The notes under the pieces: generated by a model
Told to the model about the DNA's origin: nothing
What the model saw: only the letters and a program-made list of their open reading frames with translations
Database searches by the model: none
Made by a program: the position numbers and the translations under genes
Shown here: piece after piece, positions 48,122 to 55,787 of the stretch
How positions within the stretch are numbered: the stretch's first letter is position 1
Layout of the letters: each line of letters begins with the position of its first letter
NCBI GenBank assembly: GCA_034436555.1
Contig: DAOTUU010000054.1
Span: 94,793-158,792 of the forward strand
Direction of reading: 5' to 3'
DNA length: 64,000 nucleotides
Source of the DNA: Chloroflexota bacterium
GTDB taxonomy: Bacteria > Chloroflexota > Limnocylindria > Limnocylindrales > CSP1-4

Positions 48122-49068
48122 CCAGCGGACGCACGGCGGATCTGCCGCGGATGCGCATCGCGAATGCGCCCTGCTCGTTCGGGGTGGACGAGGTGCTCAA
48201 GGACGACGCCTGGATGCCCGGACCGGACGAGATGCTCGACTGGATGCTGGGCATCGGCTACCTGGGCACGGAGCTGGGCCCGCCGGGGTTCCTGGGAGCG
48301 GGCGCGGCGGCGCGGGAGCGTCTCGAGCGACGCGGGCTGGCGCTCGTCGGGGCGTTCCTGCCGCAGCACTTCTCGCGCGCCGACCGCGCCCCGGCCGATC
48401 GCGAGTGGCTGCGCACGCAGCTGGGGCTGCTCCGGGAGGCGACCCCCGCGGGCTCCGACCCGTTCGCGGTCCTGTGCGAGGCGATCGACGAGCCCGAGCG
48501 CCTGCGCTGGACCGGACGCGCGGAGCGCCATCCGGAGGCGCAGCTGGACGCGGCCCGCTTCGCGACGATGATGGACAACCTGCATCGGGCCGGGGAGCTG
48601 GTCCGCTCCATGGGGTTCCGGGCGGTCATCCATCCCCACGCGGGCACCTACATCGAATCGGATGCGGAGATCGCGCGCATGGTGGACGCGCTCGACGCCT
48701 CGCTCGTGGGACTGTGCCTGGACACCGGGCACTTCCGCTACGGCGGCGCCATCCCGGCCCAGCGCATCCGGGACTACCGGTCGGTCATCCACCACGTGCA
48801 CCTCAAGGACTGCGACCGGTCGATCCTGGACGGGGTCATCGCCCAGGACGGGGACCTGTCGATGGCGCTCCAGCGGGGTGTGTTCGCGCCGCTGGGGCGA
48901 GGGAGCGCCGACATCGCGGCGGTCGTGGAGGCGCTCCACGAGATCGGATACGCGGGGTGGCTGGTGGTGGAGCAGGACCAGTTCCTGGACGCCGGGGTGA
49001 CCCGCGCCGACCTCGTCGGCGGGCAGCGCCGCAACCTCGCCTACCTGCACGGCCTGGGGCTGGCCTGA
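48118..49068 (+). CDS. Xylose-isomerase-like TIM-barrel enzyme (sugar phosphate isomerase/epimerase; IolE/MocC-like candidate inosose dehydratase/isomerase)
   Basis: The AP-endonuclease-2 TIM barrel is present (HPHAGTYIE...CLDTGH...HVHLKD...WLVVEQD). Its ATG overlaps the permease stop. Confidence 0.8.
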   Translation: MTSGRTADLPRMRIANAPCSFGVDEVLKDDAWMPGPDEMLDWMLGIGYLGTELGPPGFLGAGAAARERLERRGLALVGAFLPQHFSRADRAPADREWLRTQLGLLREATPAGSDPFAVLCEAIDEPERLRWTGRAERHPEAQLDAARFATMMDNLHRAGELVRSMGFRAVIHPHAGTYIESDAEIARMVDALDASLVGLCLDTGHFRYGGAIPAQRIRDYRSVIHHVHLKDCDRSILDGVIAQDGDLSMALQRGVFAPLGRGSADIAAVVEALHEIGYAGWLVVEQDQFLDAGVTRADLVGGQRRNLAYLHGLGLA

Positions 49069-49084
49069 AGGGAGGTCGGCCATC

Positions 49085-50011
49085 ATGAAGCTGGCGCTCG
49101 ATCCGCACATGATCCGCCACCTGCCGCTGCCCGACGTGGTGCGGGCGGTGGCGGACCTGGGATACGAACACCTGGAGCTGACGCCCCGCCCGGACTTCCT
49201 GCCGTTCTACATCCACCCGCGCGCGGATGACGCGGTCGTGTCGGCGTTCAGGGCGGCGCTCGCGGAGACGGGCGTCAGCATGGTCGCGGCGTCCTTCGGG
49301 GACTACCGCTGGTCCTCCCCGGACGAGGCGCTCCGGACCGCGGCGGTGCGCTACTGGCTGGCGGCCCTGGACGTGCTCGCGGAGGTGGGCTGCACCACCG
49401 TCATGACCGAGCTGGGCGGCGACCCTCGGACCCCCGAGGCGTGTGAGGCCGCGCTCTGGCGGTCGCTGGAGGATCTGCTGCCGCGCCATGAGCAGCTGGG
49501 CATCGGGATGAACATCCAGGTGCACCCGTTCAACTTCCTGGTGAGCAACACCGCGGGTGTGGACCTGGTGCGCGGCATCCGACACCCGCTGGTGGGCTAC
49601 TGCTACGTGGCGGCGCACACGTTCCACCTGGGCGACGATGTGGTGGAGATGGTGCGGTACGCGGGGCCGGACCTGCGGCACGTGCTCATCGCGGACAGCG
49701 GCGACCATCGCGCGTCCTCGGGGCTGCGGTTCCTGGTCAATCCGCATGGCTCCCCGGTCACGGTCCACCAGCACCTCGCCATCGGTCGGGGTGACGTGGA
49801 CTTCCGGGCGCTGTTCCGGGCGCTGCACGAGGTCGGATTCGACGGCATCCTCACCTCCAACGTGTACGGCGAGGAGGAGCGGGCGATGGAGGTCTATGCG
49901 GCGGACCGGGCCGCCGTGCTGGGATTGATGGCGGAGGCCGCCGGAGGCGGTGGGGGAGGCGCGCACGCCGGTGGGGGCGAGGGCGCCGGACGTGACGGGG
50001 GAGGCGCCTGA
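49085..50011 (+). CDS. Xylose-isomerase-like TIM-barrel enzyme (second paralogue) with Gly-rich tail
   Basis: It has the same fold (HLELTP...TELGG...HLGDD) and a C-terminal GGGGGGAHAGGGEGAG tail. Confidence 0.8.
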   Translation: MKLALDPHMIRHLPLPDVVRAVADLGYEHLELTPRPDFLPFYIHPRADDAVVSAFRAALAETGVSMVAASFGDYRWSSPDEALRTAAVRYWLAALDVLAEVGCTTVMTELGGDPRTPEACEAALWRSLEDLLPRHEQLGIGMNIQVHPFNFLVSNTAGVDLVRGIRHPLVGYCYVAAHTFHLGDDVVEMVRYAGPDLRHVLIADSGDHRASSGLRFLVNPHGSPVTVHQHLAIGRGDVDFRALFRALHEVGFDGILTSNVYGEEERAMEVYAADRAAVLGLMAEAAGGGGGGAHAGGGEGAGRDGGGA

Positions 50012-50012
50012 G

Positions 50013-51017
50013 ATGCGTGCCGTGGTGTTCGCGGGAGACGGCCGGATGGTCCTGGAGGACCGTCCATCGCCCCAGGTCACGCTGCCCGATGACGTGCTGG
50101 TCGCGGTGGAGGCGTGCGGCATCTGCGGCACCGACGTCCAGATCCTCAACGTGCCGCCGGGCCATCCGGCCACGCCCGGCACGATCATGGGCCACGAGTT
50201 CGTGGGTCGCGTGGAGGCGGTGGGACCCGCCGCCGACCCCGCGCTGGTCGGGACGCGCGTGGTCGTGGACCCGGATCCCAAGTGCGGCGCGTGCCCATCC
50301 TGCCGCGCCGGCCGCCCCGCGACGTGTTCCAACGTGGTCGCGCTGGGGATCTTCCGAGACGGGGCCCTGGCGTCGCACGTGGTCGCGCCGGCGTCGGCGT
50401 GTCATCCCCTGAGGGACGGCGTGCCCAGCGAGATCGCCGCGCTCGTCGAGCCGCTCGCATGCGTCATGAACGGCACCGGGCGCGCCGCGGTCCGACCGGG
50501 GGAGAGCGCGGTGGTGTTCGGCGCAGGGGCGATCGGGTGCCTGTTCACGGCGGTCCTCGCGGCATCCGGAGCGCGGCCCGTGATCGTGGTGGAGCCGCGG
50601 CCGGAGCGCGCGCCGGTGGCACTCGCCCTGGGCGCGACAGCGGTGGTCACGCCCGACGACCTCACGCAGCGCCGCGCGGAGCTGCTGCCGACCGGTGCGG
50701 ACGTGGTCGTGGACGCGGTTGGTTCCGTGCTGGACCGGTGCATCGACGTCGCGGCGCAGAGCGGCCGGCTGGTCATCTTCGGCATGAACGACAACGCCCG
50801 GCCGTCCATCCGCCAGGTGGACATCACCCTGAAGGGCCTCGCGATCCTGGGCTCCTACATCACCGACTTCACGTTCCCGGCCGCCATCCGCTTCGTGGAG
50901 GCGGGACTGGTGGACCTGACTCCGATGATCAGCGCGATGCTGCCGCTCGAACGGACGGCGGAGGGCATCGCCCTGCTGCGCGCCGGGACCGCCACGAAGG
51001 TGGTCATCACGCCCTGA
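50013..51017 (+). CDS. Zn-dependent medium-chain alcohol dehydrogenase (sorbitol/threonine-dehydrogenase-like)
   Basis: It has a catalytic Zn site (CGICGTD...GHEFVG), a structural Zn site (CxxCxxC...C) and a Rossmann motif GAGAIG. Confidence 0.85.
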   Translation: MRAVVFAGDGRMVLEDRPSPQVTLPDDVLVAVEACGICGTDVQILNVPPGHPATPGTIMGHEFVGRVEAVGPAADPALVGTRVVVDPDPKCGACPSCRAGRPATCSNVVALGIFRDGALASHVVAPASACHPLRDGVPSEIAALVEPLACVMNGTGRAAVRPGESAVVFGAGAIGCLFTAVLAASGARPVIVVEPRPERAPVALALGATAVVTPDDLTQRRAELLPTGADVVVDAVGSVLDRCIDVAAQSGRLVIFGMNDNARPSIRQVDITLKGLAILGSYITDFTFPAAIRFVEAGLVDLTPMISAMLPLERTAEGIALLRAGTATKVVITP

Positions 51018-51124
51018 CGGACGCCCGGCGCGGATCGCGGGTTCGCGGACGCTGGGCATCGACCAGCCCGGCCCCGCGAGCCCGGCCAGCCCAGCCAGCC
51101 CGGCCCCCGCCCAGGGTCGCCGCG

Positions 51125-52867
51125 TCAGTCCGGGAAGGGGTCGGGGATGCCCTGCTCGCGACAGTACGCGTCCACGCCCTCGTGGACCGTCTCATACAGG
51201 TGGCCCGCGTCCACCGCCTCCAGCACGCCCGACTCCGCCATCCAGCGCTCCACGGCCGTGGGCAGCTCCGCGAACGCGAGGTGGATGCCCTTCGCGTTCA
51301 GCTCCATGTCCAGGTCCACCAGCATCTCGCTCGCGGTCGTGTCCACGTCGGTGATCGGCTCGCCCGCGACGAGCACCCAGGTCGGTGGCTCGGGTGCCGC
51401 GGCGACCAGCTCGCGGACGCGGTTGCGGAACAGGTTGGCGTTCGCGAAGAAGAGCGGTGCCGACCAGCGCAGGATGATCAGCCCGGGCACCTGCCGTGCC
51501 TCCTCATGGTGGGTCACGTCATGCCAGCCGCGCTTGGCGGGATCCTTGCCCAGCACCGTGGAGTAGGGCTGCCAGGCGCGCTTGAAGGTCCACAGCACGG
51601 ACAGCGCGATGGCCACCACGATGCCCTGGAGCACGCCGATGAACGCGACGCTGAGGCCGCACGCGAGCGCCAGCCAGAACTCCGCGGGAGCGAGGATGCG
51701 CAGGCGGCGCAGCTCGGGCAGGTCGAACAGGCTGATGGACGCCGCGATGACCACCGCGCCGAGCACGGGCTCGGGCATCGCCTTCACCAGGCCGGGCGCC
51801 AGGACCAGCATCACCAGCACCGCCGCCGCGGCCACGAGACCCGCCACCTGGGACATCGCGCCGGACTGGCGGGCCACCGCTGAGCGTGACCCGGACATGC
51901 TCACGGGGAACCCGCTGAACAGGCCCGCCGCCACGTTCGCGCTGCCGATGCCCACCAGCTCCTGGTTCGCGTCCACCTCGTAGCCGCCGCGCGAGGCGAA
52001 CGCGCTGGACAGGGAGATCGTGTCGCCGATGGCTACCAGCGAGATGCCCAGGGCGGCACCCAGCAGGATCGGGATGTCCTCCAGGGACACCGTGGGGATC
52101 GATGGGCTGGGGAATCCCTGGGGCAGCACGCCGATGGTCTCCACGCCGTGTGCCGGCAGGTCCAGCACGATGGACAGGGCGATCGATCCGACGACCGCCA
52201 CGAGGATGCCCGGCACCCGCGGCACGAACCGGTTGATGCCCAGGATCGTGAGGAGCGCCCCCGCACCGATCGCGAGCGCCCACACGTTCGTCTGGTCCAG
52301 CCCGCGCAGGAACGCCCCGGCCTCCGCGAGCAGCCCATCCGCGTCGGTGGAGAACCCGAACAGCTTGGGCAGCTGGCCGATGAAGATGACCACCGCCAGG
52401 CCCGCCAGGTAGCCGGTCCGCACGGGGCTCGACAGCAGGTCGGCCACGAAGCCCAGCTTGAGCAGGCCCGCCCCGATGGTCACGGCGCCGACCAGCAGGG
52501 CCAGCATCCCGGCGAGGGCGATCGCCTCGGGCTCGTTCGCGGCGAGCGGCAGGATGACCGCGGCGATCATGGGCCCCAGCGAGGAGTCGGGGCCCAGCAC
52601 GAGGATGGGCGACGGACCCACGAACGCGTACGCGAGCAGACACAGGACCGTGGTGTAGAGCCCGGTGATTGCGGGCAGGCCGGCCAGCTCCGCGTACGCC
52701 ATGCCCTGCGGCACGAGCAGGGTCACGAGCACGATGCCTGCGATGAGGTCCTTGGGCAGCCAGCCACGCTGATAGGTGCGGATGGTGCGCAGGCCGGGGG
52801 CCCATCGCTCCAGGGTGGCGCGCCGCGGCGAGACGGGCCCTGTCGTCCCGGCCGCCGCCACGGTCAT
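51125..52867 (-). CDS. SulP-family inorganic anion transporter with C-terminal STAS domain
   Basis: It has the SulP transmembrane core and STAS domain. The start is set at MTVAAAG after GAGGAGGG, and the 201-aa upstream extension consists of repeat-derived junk. Confidence 0.85.
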   Translation of the reverse strand: MTVAAAGTTGPVSPRRATLERWAPGLRTIRTYQRGWLPKDLIAGIVLVTLLVPQGMAYAELAGLPAITGLYTTVLCLLAYAFVGPSPILVLGPDSSLGPMIAAVILPLAANEPEAIALAGMLALLVGAVTIGAGLLKLGFVADLLSSPVRTGYLAGLAVVIFIGQLPKLFGFSTDADGLLAEAGAFLRGLDQTNVWALAIGAGALLTILGINRFVPRVPGILVAVVGSIALSIVLDLPAHGVETIGVLPQGFPSPSIPTVSLEDIPILLGAALGISLVAIGDTISLSSAFASRGGYEVDANQELVGIGSANVAAGLFSGFPVSMSGSRSAVARQSGAMSQVAGLVAAAAVLVMLVLAPGLVKAMPEPVLGAVVIAASISLFDLPELRRLRILAPAEFWLALACGLSVAFIGVLQGIVVAIALSVLWTFKRAWQPYSTVLGKDPAKRGWHDVTHHEEARQVPGLIILRWSAPLFFANANLFRNRVRELVAAAPEPPTWVLVAGEPITDVDTTASEMLVDLDMELNAKGIHLAFAELPTAVERWMAESGVLEAVDAGHLYETVHEGVDAYCREQGIPDPFPD

Positions 52868-53039
52868 CCGTCCCTCCTCGCCCCCAGCGCCACTCGTTGC
52901 AGGGGGCATGGTGCCAGCGTCGCCGCACGCGCGCACGCCCGTCGCGCCGGACCCGGGTCCGGTCGTCGGTGATGCGGTCAGGGCCGGCCGCTCCCGCGGT
53001 GCCGCTCTGATCGTCCTGTGTGCGCCGGCGCCGGGCCGG

Positions 53040-53460
53040 TCGCCCGCGGTGCGGGGGACGAACCACCGGGCGGTCGCCGGTGCCCCGCGCCCCGGTCCAC
53101 CCGCCGGTCGGTGCTCCCCATGCACCGATCGGCCGCCGGGACGTCGGTCGGTGCACCCGGCGCACCGTTCGACCGCCGGCACCTCCCCCGGCCGCCCGGT
53201 GGTGCACCGGGTGGGCCAGGCGCGGAGGACGGGCCAGGGCGGAGCGCGGGCAAGAGCGCGGGCAAGAGCGCGGGCCGGGCGCGGTGCGCGGGCCGGGAGC
53301 GCGCGCCCGCGGCGTCGGTCATCTGATGACGAACCGTCATGGCGGGACCCCACCTCCAGCCCGGCGCACGCCCCCCGGCGCACGCCTTCCGGAACGCCCG
53401 CCGGCGCACGCCCCCCGGCGCACGCCCCCCGGCGCACGCCCGCCAGCCGGCGGGACCGAC
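53040..53460. repeat. Repeat-rich GC intergenic region (ccggcgcacgcccc x5; gggcaagagcgc x2; other short iterated motifs)
   Basis: It lies between the sulP start and iolB and generates spurious ORFs on both strands. Confidence 0.5.
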
Positions 53461-53510
53461 GCGCCATCACACCCCCCAGCGACTACGCTGGCGGGACACG
53501 GAGGTCGCCC

Positions 53511-54350
53511 ATGAACCCTGCGTCGTCGCTCCTGCGCCGGCCGTCCGCGCCCGACCCGCGCGACGGCGCGGTCCACCGCCTCACCCCGGCCACGGCCGGC
53601 TGGCGGCATGTCTCGTTCAGCGTCCACCGGCTCGCGCCCGGCCAGGGCCTGGAGCGCACCCCGGACGGCCAGGAGTCGGCCGTGATCATCGCGGAGGGGA
53701 GCGCCGGGGTGGTCGCCGGCGCCCGACGCTGGAGCAGCCTGGGGAGTCGGTCGGGCATCTTCGACGGTCCGGTCGCGCCGGTCGTGCTCGTCCAACCCGG
53801 CGATCCGATCGCCGTCACCGCGGAGACCCCCGCCACGGTCCTGGTCGCGGCCGCTCCCACCGCGGGCCGCGGCGTCCCCACGCGCTACCTCGATCCGGCC
53901 ACCCGCCGCGTGGAGCATCGCGGCAGCGGCCAGACCGCGCGCACGGTCCACCATCTGCTGCCGCCCGACGAGCCCGCGGCCCAGCTGATCCTCGTGGAGG
54001 TCTACACGCCCGGCGGCAACTGGAGCTCCTATCCGCCCCACAAGCACGACACTGAATCACCGCCCGCGGAGGCGTACCTCGAGGAGCTCTACTGGTATCG
54101 CTTCGCGAGGCCCGCGCAGGCGTTTGCACTCGCGCGCGTCTACACGCCCGACCGGGACCTGGACCAGTCGCTGGCGCCCACGGACGGCGACGTGGTGCTG
54201 GTGCCGCGGGGCTACCACCCGGTCGGGATGCCCGCTGGCTATGACGGCTACTACCTGAACGTGATGGCCGGGCCGAACCGCGTCTGGGCGTTCACGGTCG
54301 ACCCTGACCACGCCTGGCTGATGGACTGGACCCCCACGACGGGACGGTAG
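53511..54350 (+). CDS. iolB: 5-deoxy-glucuronate isomerase (IolB, KduI/IolB cupin family)
   Basis: It has the GGNWSSYPPHKHD signature. The start has GGAGG 8 nt upstream, and the 524-aa ORF extension is rejected. Confidence 0.8.
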   Translation: MNPASSLLRRPSAPDPRDGAVHRLTPATAGWRHVSFSVHRLAPGQGLERTPDGQESAVIIAEGSAGVVAGARRWSSLGSRSGIFDGPVAPVVLVQPGDPIAVTAETPATVLVAAAPTAGRGVPTRYLDPATRRVEHRGSGQTARTVHHLLPPDEPAAQLILVEVYTPGGNWSSYPPHKHDTESPPAEAYLEELYWYRFARPAQAFALARVYTPDRDLDQSLAPTDGDVVLVPRGYHPVGMPAGYDGYYLNVMAGPNRVWAFTVDPDHAWLMDWTPTTGR

Positions 54351-54360
54351 GCGAGGCGGG

Positions 54361-55488
54361 TCAGCCCTTCCGGTCGGGGTCCGGCAGCAGCGCGTCGGTG
54401 ACGAGTGCCAGCAGCTCGTGCCAGGACGCGGTGAACTGGCGCAGCGTGCGCACGGTGGGCGGCCACGCGTCGAACTCGTCCAGGGACAGGCCGTCGGGCT
54501 CGTGGGCTCGGATGAAGTCGGGGAAGTGGCGCTCCAGCTGCGCCACGACCGCGGGGTCCACCGGAACGTGCGACCGCGGCACCACCTCGATGTCGGAGCC
54601 GTTGAACCGCTTCTGCCACGCGGACGGCAGCGTCAGCACGCATTCGCCACCGATGAACTGCGACCAGTGGAGATGGGAGCGGATGGCCGCCGCCAGCACG
54701 CGCGCCCGATACCGTCGCTCGTCGAAGATCGCCATCGCCCGCTTGAACACCGCCACGCCGGACCACGCCGTCGCGTCCGGATCCACGATGATCCCATCGC
54801 GCGCGGCGAGCACGTTCAGCCAGTCCTCGATGCGCCCGACCATGATGGTGATGACCGGACCCATGTCGTGGGTGGGCAGGCCCTCCGCCTCCCGACGCGC
54901 CATGCCCCGCTCCACCGCCTCGGCGGCCGCGACCGCCTGGGCCACGGAGAACGACACGGTGCAGTTGATCGAGACGCCCCGGCAGGTCGCCTCCTCCATC
55001 GCCGCGATGCCCGCCCGGGTGGCCGGGATCTTGACCACGATGTTGGGCGCGAGCGAGGCGAACCCGACGGCCTGCTCCACGAGCCGGTCGGCGTCCCGGA
55101 AGAAGGTGGGGCTGGTCTGCATCGACAGTCGGCCCTTGCGCCCCCCGGTGCGCGTGAACGTGGGCAGCAGCAGCGGCGCGGCCTTCAGCGACAGGTCCTC
55201 CACCATCGCCCAGGCCAGCTCGTCCTCGGTCGCGGTCGGTCGCGCTGCGGCCAGCTCGCGGACGCGCGCGCGATTCCCGACCGGGTCCTTCTTCCAGACG
55301 TCCACCACGATCGTGGGATTCGCCGTGGCGCCCACCGCCCCGAACGAGAGGGCGTATGACAGCTCGTCCACCGCGCAGGAGTCGTTCCAGATGTCCGTGG
55401 GGCCCAGGGCCACGGTGCGGCCCAGCGGCGAGTCCGCGAGCGGCAGCGGAGCGAGGGCGACGGAGTCGGGATCGGTCGTCACGGTCAA
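54361..55488 (-). CDS. tal: Transaldolase (actinobacterial MipB/TalAB-type, about 375 aa)
   Basis: It has the Schiff-base lysine context IVVKIPAT and GVSINCTVSFS. The TTG start follows GGGGAGGG, and the longer ORF N-terminus is junk. Confidence 0.75.
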   Translation of the reverse strand: MTVTTDPDSVALAPLPLADSPLGRTVALGPTDIWNDSCAVDELSYALSFGAVGATANPTIVVDVWKKDPVGNRARVRELAAARPTATEDELAWAMVEDLSLKAAPLLLPTFTRTGGRKGRLSMQTSPTFFRDADRLVEQAVGFASLAPNIVVKIPATRAGIAAMEEATCRGVSINCTVSFSVAQAVAAAEAVERGMARREAEGLPTHDMGPVITIMVGRIEDWLNVLAARDGIIVDPDATAWSGVAVFKRAMAIFDERRYRARVLAAAIRSHLHWSQFIGGECVLTLPSAWQKRFNGSDIEVVPRSHVPVDPAVVAQLERHFPDFIRAHEPDGLSLDEFDAWPPTVRTLRQFTASWHELLALVTDALLPDPDRKG

Positions 55489-55639
55489 GGGGCCCTCCCC
55501 GGAGACGAGGCCGGCCGGGCACGGGATGGGCTCGCCCGGGACGTCGACGCTCGCCGGTGCCCATGGTACCGGCGGGGCGCGGGGTCCAGCTGTCCGTGTG
55601 GTCTCGCCGGCCGTCCGGCAGGGCGGGTTGGACCGGGCT

Positions 55640-55760
55640 CCGCCTGGCCGACACGATCGCCCGGACGACACGTCCGACCCCGGACGACACGCCAGGGCCC
55701 GCAGCGCCACCCAGGCCCGGACGACCCGACCCCGGACGACACATCCAGGCCCGTACGGCC
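55640..55760. repeat. Short tandem/dispersed repeat gaccccggacgacacRtcc (about 4 copies) in the tal / channel intergenic region
   Basis: It shares the 10-mer CCGGACGACA with the 34555..35155 array. Confidence 0.5.
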
Positions 55761-55787
55761 CTGCCCCGAGGCGGATGAGGCGGGCGC

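Noticed and set aside
52776-53510. An upstream extension of iolB to a 524-aa ORF
   Set aside because: IolB-family proteins are about 270-280 aa. The extension lies in the repeat-rich intergenic region and is Pro/Arg/Gly-rich. A GGAGG is correctly placed for the 53511 ATG.
55489-55710. The longer 449-aa form of the transaldolase
   Set aside because: Its extra 74 N-terminal residues are Cys/Arg/Pro-rich. A TTG preceded by GGGGAGGG gives a 375-aa protein matching actinobacterial Tal length.
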